From contig JAYVQU010000039.1 of the NCBI GenBank assembly GCA_043776875.1, positions 29,239 to 93,238 on the forward strand: a stretch of 64,000 nt of DNA. Reading direction: 5' to 3'. The notes below the pieces were generated by a model. That model had not been told where the DNA came from and ran no database searches. It saw only the letters and a program-made list of their open reading frames with translations. This document shows positions 9,606 through 19,202 of the stretch, piece after piece; position 1 is the stretch's first letter, and every line of letters starts with the position of its first letter. Made by a program: the position numbers and the translations under genes. Source of the DNA: Actinomycetes bacterium. Its GTDB lineage: Bacteria > Actinomycetota > Actinomycetes > Nanopelagicales > Nanopelagicaceae.

Positions 9606-10706
9606 GTGCATTTATCCCAAATAACTCCTTCCATCTTTTCATCGCTCGGGCTGGAAAGTGCGGTTGATCACTTAGGAGTTGGGCAATCGCCAATGGGCCG
9701 GGAGCTCCTATTTTTAATTGACGGTTTCGGCTTTGACATCCTAGACAAGTATGCGCAGCAGATGCCAACAATTGCACGGATGTTTAATCACGGAGTAATT
9801 GAAACTGCATTTCCATCAACAACGGCAACATCACTTGCAACTTTAACAACTGGAGTAATGCCCGGTGTGCATGGAATGTTGGGCTACACAGTTCAGGTTC
9901 CGCGTAGCGGTGGTCGATTATTAAATGCATTGAAATGGGATGAACGGGTTGATCCAGAAAACTGGCAACCAGTACAAACTTTGTTCGAGCGGGCAACTCT
10001 TGCCGGGATTAGTGTCAGCCATATCGCTGCTAAGAGATATGAGAACTCTGGCTTTACCCGCGCGGTTTTTCGTGGTGCCAATTACAAGAGCGCAAATGTA
10101 GTTGCTGATTTAGTAAATGAAACAAGAACTGCACTTCAAAAGACCCCATCTTTTGTTTATCTCTATGTAAATGATTTAGATTCTTCCGGCCATTCCGATG
10201 GGGTAGGCAGCGATAAATGGTTAACCGCGTTGGCAATGATTGATCAATTGGTTTTACAGTTAATGAAGGATGTCCCTAAGGGGACTAGAGTTTGGATCAC
10301 ATCAGATCACGGAATGATCAATGTGGAAGAGAAAGTCATAATTGGACAAGGCAACGCCTTGCTAGAAGGGGTCAGTGTAATTGCAGGTGAGCCACGAGCA
10401 CGACATATTTACTTGCATACCGATACTCCATCAGCTCGAGGTGATGTTGCATCTTTGTGGCAAGAGTATTTGGCAGACCGAGCATTGGTTTTGACCCGCG
10501 AGCAAGCAATATCTAGCAATCTTTTTGGTACCGAAATCACTGCTGATGCACTTGATCGAATGGGTGAGGTGATTGCAATTGCTCGTGGTGGAGTTGTTTT
10601 ACTAGATCCGCAACGCGCCGTCAAAGAAAGCGCAATGGTGGGTCACCACGGCGGTGATAGCGAGATTGAATCTCAAGTTGGATTATTAACAACTACCTTG
10701 AGTTGA
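9606..10706 (+). CDS. Alkaline phosphatase superfamily / nucleotide pyrophosphatase-phosphodiesterase
   Basis: LIDGFG, FPSTTATSL (catalytic Thr), DSSGH, ITSDHG, GHHG metal ligands. Confidence 0.88.
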   Translation: MHLSQITPSIFSSLGLESAVDHLGVGQSPMGRELLFLIDGFGFDILDKYAQQMPTIARMFNHGVIETAFPSTTATSLATLTTGVMPGVHGMLGYTVQVPRSGGRLLNALKWDERVDPENWQPVQTLFERATLAGISVSHIAAKRYENSGFTRAVFRGANYKSANVVADLVNETRTALQKTPSFVYLYVNDLDSSGHSDGVGSDKWLTALAMIDQLVLQLMKDVPKGTRVWITSDHGMINVEEKVIIGQGNALLEGVSVIAGEPRARHIYLHTDTPSARGDVASLWQEYLADRALVLTREQAISSNLFGTEITADALDRMGEVIAIARGGVVLLDPQRAVKESAMVGHHGGDSEIESQVGLLTTTLS

Positions 10707-10722
10707 ATAGTTGTTGTTACTT

Positions 10723-11544
10723 CTACTCCTCGGGTTTAATCCCAAACATAATTTCATCCCAACTTGGAACCTTTGCGCGAGCCGTAATGCCATCCCGGGC
10801 TGCTTCATCATCTGGCTCTTCCCGAATAATGGCAAGGCGTGGTACTTGTGGTGCAACTATTTTAGATTCAACTTCTGGTTCCTCTTTTCGGGATTCGCTA
10901 TAAACATTAATAATACGTCGTCCTGAAGGATGAGTTGACTCGATTGGTACTAACCCAGCAGTTGGCAGCTGGCGAGGTGCAGGTTCATCACCCATCATCC
11001 AGCGTGCATTTTCATCCATTGCGGTAATTGTGCGAAGCAGAGAATCAAAACACCATTGCGCAATTCCAACACCGCTGCTATTTGGATAGTGCAGTTTGAT
11101 GGTCCAGCTCCCATCCTCTAACCGCCATGTGTCCCATGACAGCTCTGCCGAATCTATGTTGCGTGGTGCCAGCCGTGAAATTACAACTGCGAGCAAACTC
11201 ACGGCATCACGACCACCTTCTTTACGTACCGCGATCTGTTGTGCTTGATCAATGATGTAGATGCGTTCAGATAGAATCGGTCCCGCGAAACGTTCGATCT
11301 TTTCAAAAGAAATATTGTTATCACGAGTTATCTGTTCGGTGGTTTGCCCGGCACGAAGTAAACGTTGAATCTCTTTGATTGACACAGTTGCTTCATGACT
11401 TTGCGGAACGACAACTAAACGCTGTTGATTTACCGTTGCTCGCAGAGTGTCGCTGACTCGAACTGTGTATGCAGTGCCTTCGTTATCCTGCAATAAAAGA
11501 TACAGACCATCCTCGGTCTTTCCATTTAGGCGTAACTCACTCAC
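10723..11544 (-). CDS. sepH: Septation protein SepH (DUF3071)
   Basis: N-terminal SELRL...IKEIQRLLRAG...ERFAGPILSER; C-terminal RAKVPSWDEIMFG. Start set to GTG 11544, 7 nt after TACTCT. Confidence 0.88.
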   Translation of the reverse strand: MSELRLNGKTEDGLYLLLQDNEGTAYTVRVSDTLRATVNQQRLVVVPQSHEATVSIKEIQRLLRAGQTTEQITRDNNISFEKIERFAGPILSERIYIIDQAQQIAVRKEGGRDAVSLLAVVISRLAPRNIDSAELSWDTWRLEDGSWTIKLHYPNSSGVGIAQWCFDSLLRTITAMDENARWMMGDEPAPRQLPTAGLVPIESTHPSGRRIINVYSESRKEEPEVESKIVAPQVPRLAIIREEPDDEAARDGITARAKVPSWDEIMFGIKPEE

Positions 11545-12778
11545 GAGCACGAGAGTAGCCGATGAGGGCCTTATATGTACTGAAGTAAGGCAGTGTGGCT
11601 GCACATGCCGCGATCATGAAACCGAGTGGGACCCAATATGCAAATTCGGAACCAAAGCGGTCGATGAGTTGCCCAGCTAAAGCAGTAGCGAGGGCGCCTC
11701 CAATTGGCATTCCAGCGATAACCCAAGTCAAGGTTTCGGTGATTTGAGCCGGGGGCACGGCGCTTTCTGCCACCGCATAAGCATTAATCAACAGTGGAGC
11801 GATGACCAAGCCGTTAAAGAAGAGGGCAACGCCAAGCCAGAAAATTGAATGCACAAACAGCATGGGAATCGAAAGCAAAGTAAGTAGAGACAAGAAAATC
11901 AAAAATCTGGTAGCGCTAGTTAGCTTCCATTTAATAACGCCGTTGATAATTGCAGCTACTGCACTTCCACCAGCCCAAATTGCTAACAAGACTCCTATTT
12001 TATCTGCTTGGCCCCTACTTTGCGAAAAAGCCACGGTCACAATGGTGATCGAACCAAAGAATCCACCTAACAATGTCACTGGAAGTACCACGGCTTGCAC
12101 CTGCTTTTTCCGGATGACCGCAGGATGCGGGTCAATGATCCGCTTAGGAGATGCCGGCGGCTCGGTAGATTTCTGCATTACAAGAAGCGGAACGCCGATA
12201 GCCACGAAGGCAATGCCGACAATGATTCCAGCAGCTGGAGCAATCGATGTTGCACATACGGTAGCGATGATCGGGCCCAGGATGAAAACAACCTCATCCA
12301 TCAAAGCTTCAAATGAGTAAGCGGTATTTACGATGTGCCGATCTCTTCCAGCTTCTGCCGTTGAAGTTTTGTCGGGGCTAAGAATGTGCAGCCAACGTCG
12401 ACGCACTAAGCCACCGGTATTTACTGAAAAACTTTCCGCAAAAATTATTGAAGCAAACCAGCTCCAGGTTGGAGCTTCCTGTAAAACTAAGAAGGTAAAC
12501 AGTGAAAGTCCAGCAATTTTGGCTGGAATAACTCTAACTAACATGGCACTTTGCCCCATACGATCTGCAACGCGAGACCAATGTGGAGTTGCCAGCGCCA
12601 TAACGACTGAAGTCGTTGCACTCACTGCACCAGCTAAAGCGTATGAATCGCTGACCGAAACAACTATGAAAACAAGTGCAAGTGAATCCATTGCAATAGG
12701 CATGCGGGCAATAACACCGGGAATTGAAAATTTTAGGGTTCCGGGTATACGAAACAAGGTTTGGTAAGCCGAGAACAT
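11537..12778 (-). CDS. MFS transporter
   Basis: About 12 hydrophobic segments; PHWSRVADRMGQ (motif A-like); DEVVFILGP. Confidence 0.9.
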   Translation of the reverse strand: MFSAYQTLFRIPGTLKFSIPGVIARMPIAMDSLALVFIVVSVSDSYALAGAVSATTSVVMALATPHWSRVADRMGQSAMLVRVIPAKIAGLSLFTFLVLQEAPTWSWFASIIFAESFSVNTGGLVRRRWLHILSPDKTSTAEAGRDRHIVNTAYSFEALMDEVVFILGPIIATVCATSIAPAAGIIVGIAFVAIGVPLLVMQKSTEPPASPKRIIDPHPAVIRKKQVQAVVLPVTLLGGFFGSITIVTVAFSQSRGQADKIGVLLAIWAGGSAVAAIINGVIKWKLTSATRFLIFLSLLTLLSIPMLFVHSIFWLGVALFFNGLVIAPLLINAYAVAESAVPPAQITETLTWVIAGMPIGGALATALAGQLIDRFGSEFAYWVPLGFMIAACAATLPYFSTYKALIGYSRARE

Positions 12779-12812
12779 AGGTCGGAGTCTACTCCGCGGC
12801 TACACTGCAACC

Positions 12813-13577
12813 ATGACTGATACCGGCCAATTACTTGAACTCGCGCTTAAGATTGCACGACAAGCAGGAGATCTATTGGTAGATCGCCCTGCATCATGGG
12901 ATCTGACCATAAAATCCACGGCAATTGATATTGCAACTCAAATGGATCTTGCCAGCGAAAAATTTATAGTTGATGCGATTTTGGCAGTGCGTCCTGATGA
13001 TGGAATTATCGGCGAGGAAGGTGCTGCCAGGGAAAGTAAGAGTGGTGTTACCTGGGTGATTGATCCAGTTGATGGAACCGTAAATTATTTTTACGGACTC
13101 CCTGGTTGGTCGATCAGCATCGCAGTTAAGGATAAAGATGGAACTCTGGTAGGTGTGGTGCACTCGCCAACAGTTCATTCGACCTGGCATGCAGCAAAGG
13201 GTGGGGGAGCATTCCTCAACAATGTAAAGATCGCCTGCAACGAGCCGGTCGAATTAGATCGTGCGCTGTTGTCCTCGGGCTTTGCTTATAATGTAAGGGA
13301 TCGAGTGGAACAGCTAAAGATTGTCAATATGTTGTTGCCCCATATTCGAGACCTTCGACGCATCGGTTCAGCGGCTGCAGATATTTGTCATGTGGCTACC
13401 GGCCTAGTTGATGGATACTTTGAGACCAGTTTAAATGAGTGGGATCTAGCCGCAGCTCAACTGATTGCGCAAGAGGCGGGGGCAATTGTTAGCACCCGCC
13501 CATGGCATGGGCTCAACCTCACCCTGGCCGCAGGTCCGCACCTGTATCAGGTGCTCAACGCTCAAATTCCCGAATAA
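12813..13577 (+). CDS. suhB: Inositol monophosphatase family protein
   Basis: GEEG, WVIDPVDGTVNY, GSAAADIC, WDLAAA. Confidence 0.9.
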   Translation: MTDTGQLLELALKIARQAGDLLVDRPASWDLTIKSTAIDIATQMDLASEKFIVDAILAVRPDDGIIGEEGAARESKSGVTWVIDPVDGTVNYFYGLPGWSISIAVKDKDGTLVGVVHSPTVHSTWHAAKGGGAFLNNVKIACNEPVELDRALLSSGFAYNVRDRVEQLKIVNMLLPHIRDLRRIGSAAADICHVATGLVDGYFETSLNEWDLAAAQLIAQEAGAIVSTRPWHGLNLTLAAGPHLYQVLNAQIPE

Positions 13578-13684
13578 GAGGCAATCTCACTCCCGATTTA
13601 CGCTTACGAGCCTCGCTATGGCACAATACGCATTCTGCACCGCCAAAGCGCGTGCTTAATTGAAATCACAAAAGGATCGCACAT

Positions 13685-14188
13685 ATGAACACTCTTGACG
13701 CCGTAGATGCAGCATCGCTGCGCAAAGACATCCCTCAGTTTCGCGCCGGCGATGAGCTCAAGATCCATGTTCGGGTAATCGAAGGCAGCAAGAGCCGACT
13801 TCAGATTTTCCAGGGAATCGTTATTCGTCGCCAAGGCGATGGCGTTCGCGAAACTTTTACAATCCGTAAAGTTTCTTATGGCGTAGGTGTTGAGCGTACC
13901 TTCCCAGTCCACACCCCAGTTATTGAAAAAATCGAACTAGTGAAGAAGGGCGAAGTTCGTCGCGCCAAGCTTTACTACCTACGCGATCTTCGCGGTAAGG
14001 CGGCAAAGATTCGCGAAAAGCGCGATGGCATTGAAGGTTACGGTGATGGAATTCTTTCAACTCCAATACCAGCGGCAATTGTTGTGTCCGAGCCAACAGT
14101 TAACGAAGCTGTGTCCGAGGTTCCAGCGCAAGTTGAAACTGCAGATGTCGTGGTTGAAACTGAAGCACCTGCTCCAAAAGCTGAGTAA
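13685..14188 (+). CDS. rplS: 50S ribosomal protein L19 with acidic C-terminal extension
   Basis: [40 protein letters not shown]. Confidence 0.97.
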   Translation: MNTLDAVDAASLRKDIPQFRAGDELKIHVRVIEGSKSRLQIFQGIVIRRQGDGVRETFTIRKVSYGVGVERTFPVHTPVIEKIELVKKGEVRRAKLYYLRDLRGKAAKIREKRDGIEGYGDGILSTPIPAAIVVSEPTVNEAVSEVPAQVETADVVVETEAPAPKAE

Positions 14189-14196
14189 CTTCTTAA

Positions 14197-14850
14197 ATGC
14201 GCAGTAAGGGATCGCTCGTTAAGGAGCTCCCAGTCTTAGTAGTTGTTGCACTTGTTGTTTCGCTACTTATCAAAACTTTTTTAGTTCAGTTTTTCTATAT
14301 TCCTTCGGGATCGATGGAAAACACCTTGCAAATTAAGGATCGGGTAGCAGTTAACAAGGTTCCATTTATTTCAAAGAATATAAACCGTGGTGATGTCGTT
14401 GTTTTTCGTGACCCAAATAATTGGTTGCCGGAAAATATTGATTACTCTACAAACAAGTATGTTGCAAAAGCCAAGAGCCTGCTTGTCACGGTTGGAGTTT
14501 TACCCAATCCGGCAAAGCAGTATTTGGTCAAACGTGTAGTTGGTGTGGCTGGTGATCGAATTGTTTGTTGCACCAAAAATAAAAAACTTTCAATTAATGG
14601 TGTTGAAGTGAGTGAACCATATATTTATGCTGGGAATGAGCCATCTGAAATGAAGTTTGATGTCACTGTTCCCATGGGCAAGTTGTGGGTAATGGGTGAT
14701 CACCGTGGGGCAAGTGCTGATTCACGTTACCACCAAGAGGACATCAACAATGGTTTTGTCCCGCTCAGCAAGGTGGCTGGACGTGTAGTTGCGGTTATCT
14801 GGCCGTTCAAGCACATTACCTACATTCCAAAAATAGACGTGCTCAAGTAA
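14197..14850 (+). CDS. lepB: Signal peptidase I
   Basis: N-terminal TM; IPSGSMENTL (Ser); VKRVVG (Lys); GDHRGASADSR. Confidence 0.95.
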   Translation: MRSKGSLVKELPVLVVVALVVSLLIKTFLVQFFYIPSGSMENTLQIKDRVAVNKVPFISKNINRGDVVVFRDPNNWLPENIDYSTNKYVAKAKSLLVTVGVLPNPAKQYLVKRVVGVAGDRIVCCTKNKKLSINGVEVSEPYIYAGNEPSEMKFDVTVPMGKLWVMGDHRGASADSRYHQEDINNGFVPLSKVAGRVVAVIWPFKHITYIPKIDVLK

Positions 14851-14857
14851 GCTTCTT

Positions 14858-15466
14858 ATGAAGGTGATCGAGCAACTGCTTTTCAACGCAGGAATTGCTC
14901 CGATCGCCGGCGTCGATGAGGCGGGTCGCGGTGCTTGTGCCGGGCCGTTAGTCATTGCTTGCGTAATTCTGCGAGATCCTTTTGCACCAGAACTTTCACC
15001 TGTGCGTGATTCGAAAGAGATTGCCGAAAATAAACGTGATGCTGTGTTTGACTTGATTTACTCGAATTCCGAGTCAGTCAGTGTTGTCATTGTTCCAGCC
15101 GCACAAGTTGATGCTCGTGGCGTCCATGCCGCAAATCTTGACGGAATGCGTCGTGCTGTTCAGGGATTAAGTATTGAACCAGCGTATGTATTAACTGATG
15201 GGTATGCAATTGCAGGTTTGGGTCTGCCAAACCTTGCCGTTTGGAAAGGCGACCAAGTCGTACTCTCAATAAGTGCTGCATCAATTATCGCCAAAGTCAC
15301 TCGAGATCGCATCATGCGCGAAATGGATACCCGGTTTCCACAGTATGGATTTGCCGGCCACAAGGGGTATATCACCGCTGCTCATGCAAAAGCCTTAATT
15401 GAACATGGACCATGCGTTGAACATAGAACTTCATTTTCCAATGTGGCTGCACTAATCCACAAGTAA
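14858..15466 (+). CDS. rnhB: Ribonuclease HII
   Basis: AGVDEAGRG, DSK, LTDG, ISAASIIAKVTRD, HKGY. Confidence 0.95.
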   Translation: MKVIEQLLFNAGIAPIAGVDEAGRGACAGPLVIACVILRDPFAPELSPVRDSKEIAENKRDAVFDLIYSNSESVSVVIVPAAQVDARGVHAANLDGMRRAVQGLSIEPAYVLTDGYAIAGLGLPNLAVWKGDQVVLSISAASIIAKVTRDRIMREMDTRFPQYGFAGHKGYITAAHAKALIEHGPCVEHRTSFSNVAALIHK

Positions 15467-15514
15467 ATCACCTCAAGAAATAGCACCACCTGTGGGTACC
15501 TATCGTTCCCAACC

Positions 15515-15895
15515 ATGCAGAGTAAATCTAAAGATAATCAATCCAACATTCGAACCGGCGCTTTTGGTGAACAAGCGGTTAGGCAATTTCTAATTAATAA
15601 CAATTTAGAAATCGTTGATTGTAATTGGCGGGTGCGCGAAGGTGAGATAGATATAGTTGCCCGCAATCCTTCTGGGATTTTTTCCTTTATTGAGGTCAAG
15701 ACCCGTCGCTCAATCGCCTTTGGCCATCCTTTTGAGGCGATAAATAAGGAAAAGGCCTATCGCATGCAGCGATTGGCACTGGCATGGCTGGCCACCCATG
15801 GCTGTTTTGGGTGTGATTATCAAATTGATGCGGCAGCGGTTTTGGTCGCAGTTGATGGCTCACACACAATTGAGTATCGGAGCAACTTATTATGA
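15515..15895 (+). CDS. YraN family (UPF0102) PD-(D/E)XK nuclease-like protein
   Basis: GAFGE...NWRVREGEIDIVA...FIEVKTR; usual position before comM. Confidence 0.88.
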   Translation: MQSKSKDNQSNIRTGAFGEQAVRQFLINNNLEIVDCNWRVREGEIDIVARNPSGIFSFIEVKTRRSIAFGHPFEAINKEKAYRMQRLALAWLATHGCFGCDYQIDAAAVLVAVDGSHTIEYRSNLL

Positions 15896-17412
15896 GTTTA
15901 GCCCAGACCCATTCAGTTGCAATACTTGGCTTAGCTGGTCATGTGGTAACGGTCGAGGCAGATATTGCAGATGGCTTACCAGGCTATGCCTTACTGGGAT
16001 TACCCGATGCAGCTTTGTCTGAATCTCGCGATCGGGTGCGCAGTGCAATTGTTAACTGTGGGGAAATTTGGCCAAATCGCAAAGTTACGGTTTCACTTTC
16101 ACCTGCTTGGTTACCAAAGAGCGGACCTAGTTTTGATCTAGCTATCTGCATTGCATTGCTATCTGCCCATGAAACTATTCCAAAGGAGCGAATTGAGAAG
16201 CTAGTCTTCCTGGGCGAACTTTCACTTGCTGGTCGTTTACGTTCAGTTCGTGGAGTTTTACCCGCTCTAATGGCGGCCTATAAATCTGGCGTAACTACTG
16301 CGATAGTTCCAGCAGCAAATGCAAGAGAAGCACAGTTGATGCAAGCAATGACAATTATTCCGATGGAGCATTTAAAGCAGGTACTTCGATGGCTACGGAC
16401 CGGCGAGCGAGACATCGTGCAAGAAATTGATTTGCAATGGGAACAAAGTGATGACCGATTGGACTTTGCCGATGTTGCCGGACAACCAGCAGCTCGTTTA
16501 GCAGCAGAAATCGCCGCAGTGGGCGGGCATCACATTATTTTGATTGGGCCACCAGGTGCTGGTAAAACCATGATCGCCGAAAGAATTCCTACGATTATGC
16601 CTGCGTTATCAATTCCACAAGCACTAGAAGTAACAGCGGTGCATTCCGTAGCTGGAACGCTAACTCAACGTTCCCCATTGTCATTACTTGCCCCTATTGT
16701 TTCTCCCCATCACACGACAACTCGAGTTGCCATGGTGGGCGGTGGTACGCACTCGATAAAGCCGGGTGCTTGCTCATTGGCCCATTACGGTGTCTTGTTC
16801 ATTGATGAAGCACCGGAATGTGGCCCAGGTGTTCTAGATTCATTGCGACAACCGTTGGAATCAGGCACCATAACTATTGCCCGAAGTATTGGCAACCTTA
16901 CTTTTCCAGCGCAATTCCTATTGGTTTTAGCTGCTAATCCGTGCCCTTGTGGCAAGTTCACTGGGCGCGGGCGCAATTGCACCTGCTCCTCGCAGCAAGT
17001 GCGCCGGTACTTAGGAAAATTATCTGGCCCATTAATGGATCGAATTGATTTACGGGTGCAGGTTGAGCCGGTTGGTCGGGTAGATATGGCAAAGCGTGAA
17101 CTAGGCGAGAGCAGCGCGGTTATCCGGGAACGCGTTATCAAGGCACGCGCAATTGCTGCACATCGTTTTGCTGGAATGAGTTGGAATGTAAACTCGCAGA
17201 TTCCAGCTCGCGCGCTTCGAACATTGTTTGCGCCAGAACGCGCCGCAATGAATTTTCTACATGATGAGTTAGACAAAGAACAAATAACAGCGCGCGGCCT
17301 ACACAAAATTATTCGAACATCGTGGAGCTTTGCCGATATACATGAAAATAAGGTGCCAACTATGGATGATGTTTTAGCGGCGCATTTGCTGCGCGGAAAA
17401 ATTGAAGCATGA
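15892..17412 (+). CDS. comM: YifB/ComM Mg-chelatase-like AAA+ helicase
   Basis: LPDAALSESRDRV, Walker A GPPGAGKT, Walker B LFIDE, ANPCPCG...CTC, MDRIDL. Confidence 0.93.
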   Translation: MSLAQTHSVAILGLAGHVVTVEADIADGLPGYALLGLPDAALSESRDRVRSAIVNCGEIWPNRKVTVSLSPAWLPKSGPSFDLAICIALLSAHETIPKERIEKLVFLGELSLAGRLRSVRGVLPALMAAYKSGVTTAIVPAANAREAQLMQAMTIIPMEHLKQVLRWLRTGERDIVQEIDLQWEQSDDRLDFADVAGQPAARLAAEIAAVGGHHIILIGPPGAGKTMIAERIPTIMPALSIPQALEVTAVHSVAGTLTQRSPLSLLAPIVSPHHTTTRVAMVGGGTHSIKPGACSLAHYGVLFIDEAPECGPGVLDSLRQPLESGTITIARSIGNLTFPAQFLLVLAANPCPCGKFTGRGRNCTCSSQQVRRYLGKLSGPLMDRIDLRVQVEPVGRVDMAKRELGESSAVIRERVIKARAIAAHRFAGMSWNVNSQIPARALRTLFAPERAAMNFLHDELDKEQITARGLHKIIRTSWSFADIHENKVPTMDDVLAAHLLRGKIEA

Positions 17413-18269
17413 GTGAACTACTTGCACGAGCTGCCTTATTTAGCGCAGTTGAAGGTGGGCACACCTTTTGGTCGCGGGAAATCCATGATTTTGGTGCATT
17501 GCATGTGTATCAGAAACTGATGAATGCCGGATATGACTCGATCAAATATGAAAAATTGATATCTGAATTGAGAGAAATGCAGGGGGATCAGGTAATTGAA
17601 AAAGTTGTCCAATGTGGAGCTCGCTTACTGACCCCACTAGATGATGATTGGCCAGTACAGGTAAATGATTTAGCCAACCCGCCTATAGCTTTGATTGTTA
17701 AGGGAAATACCAGTACTTTGAATATCTCCTCCCTAGCAATAGTGGGAACTCGTAATCCAACAAGTTATGGCGCGCGAATCGCTGGTGATTTTGCTGCTGG
17801 CTTTGTCGATCGCGAATGGGCGGTAATTAGCGGTGGTGCATATGGAATTGATTCATATGCGCATAAGGGAGCATTAATTGCTGAAGGAATAACCATTGCA
17901 GTTGTTGCATCTGGAATTGATATTAATTATCCGGCTGGAAACACCCGACTTTTTGCCGAAATATGCGAAAGTGGAGCGATGGTTACCGAGTTCATGCCAG
18001 GGCTTAAGGCCTTACCGAATCGATTTTTAACTCGCAATCGATTAATTGCGGCGCTATCTAGAGCAACCTTAGTTGTAGAAGCCGCCTTTCGCAGTGGTTC
18101 GCTTCGAACAGCCAGAGATGCAGCTGAAATTTTTCGGCCAGTAATGGCAATACCAGGGCCTATCAATTCACCTACAAGCGAAGGGTGTCATCGTTTAATT
18201 GGAGAACGTGCCGCTGAGATAGTTACATCTGTGGCAGATGCGGTGGAGTTTGTTGGCGTTAATCAATGA
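17409..18269 (+). CDS. dprA: DNA-processing protein DprA (no C-terminal winged-helix domain)
   Basis: AIVGTR, SGGAYGID, FLTRNRLIAAL, VVEAAFRSGS, PGPI...SEGC. Confidence 0.93.
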   Translation: MSELLARAALFSAVEGGHTFWSREIHDFGALHVYQKLMNAGYDSIKYEKLISELREMQGDQVIEKVVQCGARLLTPLDDDWPVQVNDLANPPIALIVKGNTSTLNISSLAIVGTRNPTSYGARIAGDFAAGFVDREWAVISGGAYGIDSYAHKGALIAEGITIAVVASGIDINYPAGNTRLFAEICESGAMVTEFMPGLKALPNRFLTRNRLIAALSRATLVVEAAFRSGSLRTARDAAEIFRPVMAIPGPINSPTSEGCHRLIGERAAEIVTSVADAVEFVGVNQ

Positions 18270-18281
18270 GAGAATAGGGTC

Positions 18282-19202
18282 ATGAGTGATTTTCATTCCG
18301 GCTTTGTCGCAATTGTTGGCCGCCCAAATGTTGGGAAGTCAACTCTGATTAATGCGTTAGTTGGCAGCAAGATCGCAATTACATCGCATCACCCAAATAC
18401 CACCCGATCTGCGATTCGTGGAATTGTTCATCGCCCAGATTTTCAAGCAGTGCTAGTCGATACTCCAGGCGTACACAAGCCTAAAACTTTGTTGGGTAAG
18501 CGTTTAAATCAAGTTGTCGACCAAAGTATGGATTCAGTCGATATCGTCATTATGTGTATACCAGCAAATGAAACTTCAGGTGCCGGCGATACCTACATCG
18601 CGCATGAAATCGCTAAGCACCCGAAAGCTAAGAAATTTGCTGTAATTACTAAGACTGATTTATTATCAAAGGAAAAACTGGCCTTGCGTTTACTTGGAAT
18701 TATGGGAATTGCACAAGAATTTATTTGGGATGAAATTATTCCCGTTTCTGCGGCAATTCATGATCAAGTCGATCTATTAAACGAACTAATTGGCAAGAAC
18801 TTGCCGCAGGGACCTCAGTATTACCCAGATGGCACAACAAGTGACCAAGCTATTGAGCAGTTAATCTGTGAGTTTATCCGGGAAGCTGCGCTGCAAGATG
18901 TTCAAGAGGAACTACCTCACTCCATTGTCGTGACAATCGACGAGTTTGGTGAGCGCGAAGAAAAAGGGTCACGCCCTTTTTATGATGTATATGCAACGAT
19001 TCATGTTGAGCGCGATACCCAACGCGCTATTTTACTTGGTCATCAAGGTTCACGACTAAAAGAAATTGGCATCCGTGCTCGCGGGGACATTGAGCACGCA
19101 TTAGCTGCAAAAATATTTCTGGGACTTCACATAAAGGTTTCAAAGGAATGGCAGAAAGATCCAAAACTGCTAGAGCGTTTAGGATTTGGCGAAAAGGGTT
19201 GA
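18282..19202 (+). CDS. era: GTPase Era
   Basis: GRPNVGKS, DTPG, TKTD, KH domain IREAAL...ELPHS. Confidence 0.96.
   Translation: MSDFHSGFVAIVGRPNVGKSTLINALVGSKIAITSHHPNTTRSAIRGIVHRPDFQAVLVDTPGVHKPKTLLGKRLNQVVDQSMDSVDIVIMCIPANETSGAGDTYIAHEIAKHPKAKKFAVITKTDLLSKEKLALRLLGIMGIAQEFIWDEIIPVSAAIHDQVDLLNELIGKNLPQGPQYYPDGTTSDQAIEQLICEFIREAALQDVQEELPHSIVVTIDEFGEREEKGSRPFYDVYATIHVERDTQRAILLGHQGSRLKEIGIRARGDIEHALAAKIFLGLHIKVSKEWQKDPKLLERLGFGEKG

Noticed and set aside
10703-10926. Two small plus-strand ORFs after the phosphodiesterase
   Set aside because: They are antisense to the conserved sepH C-terminus.
12783-12796. CGGAGT-CT-ACTCCG palindrome over the MFS -10 box
   Set aside because: 6-bp arms with no adjacent regulator gene; too weak alone, though it could be an operator.
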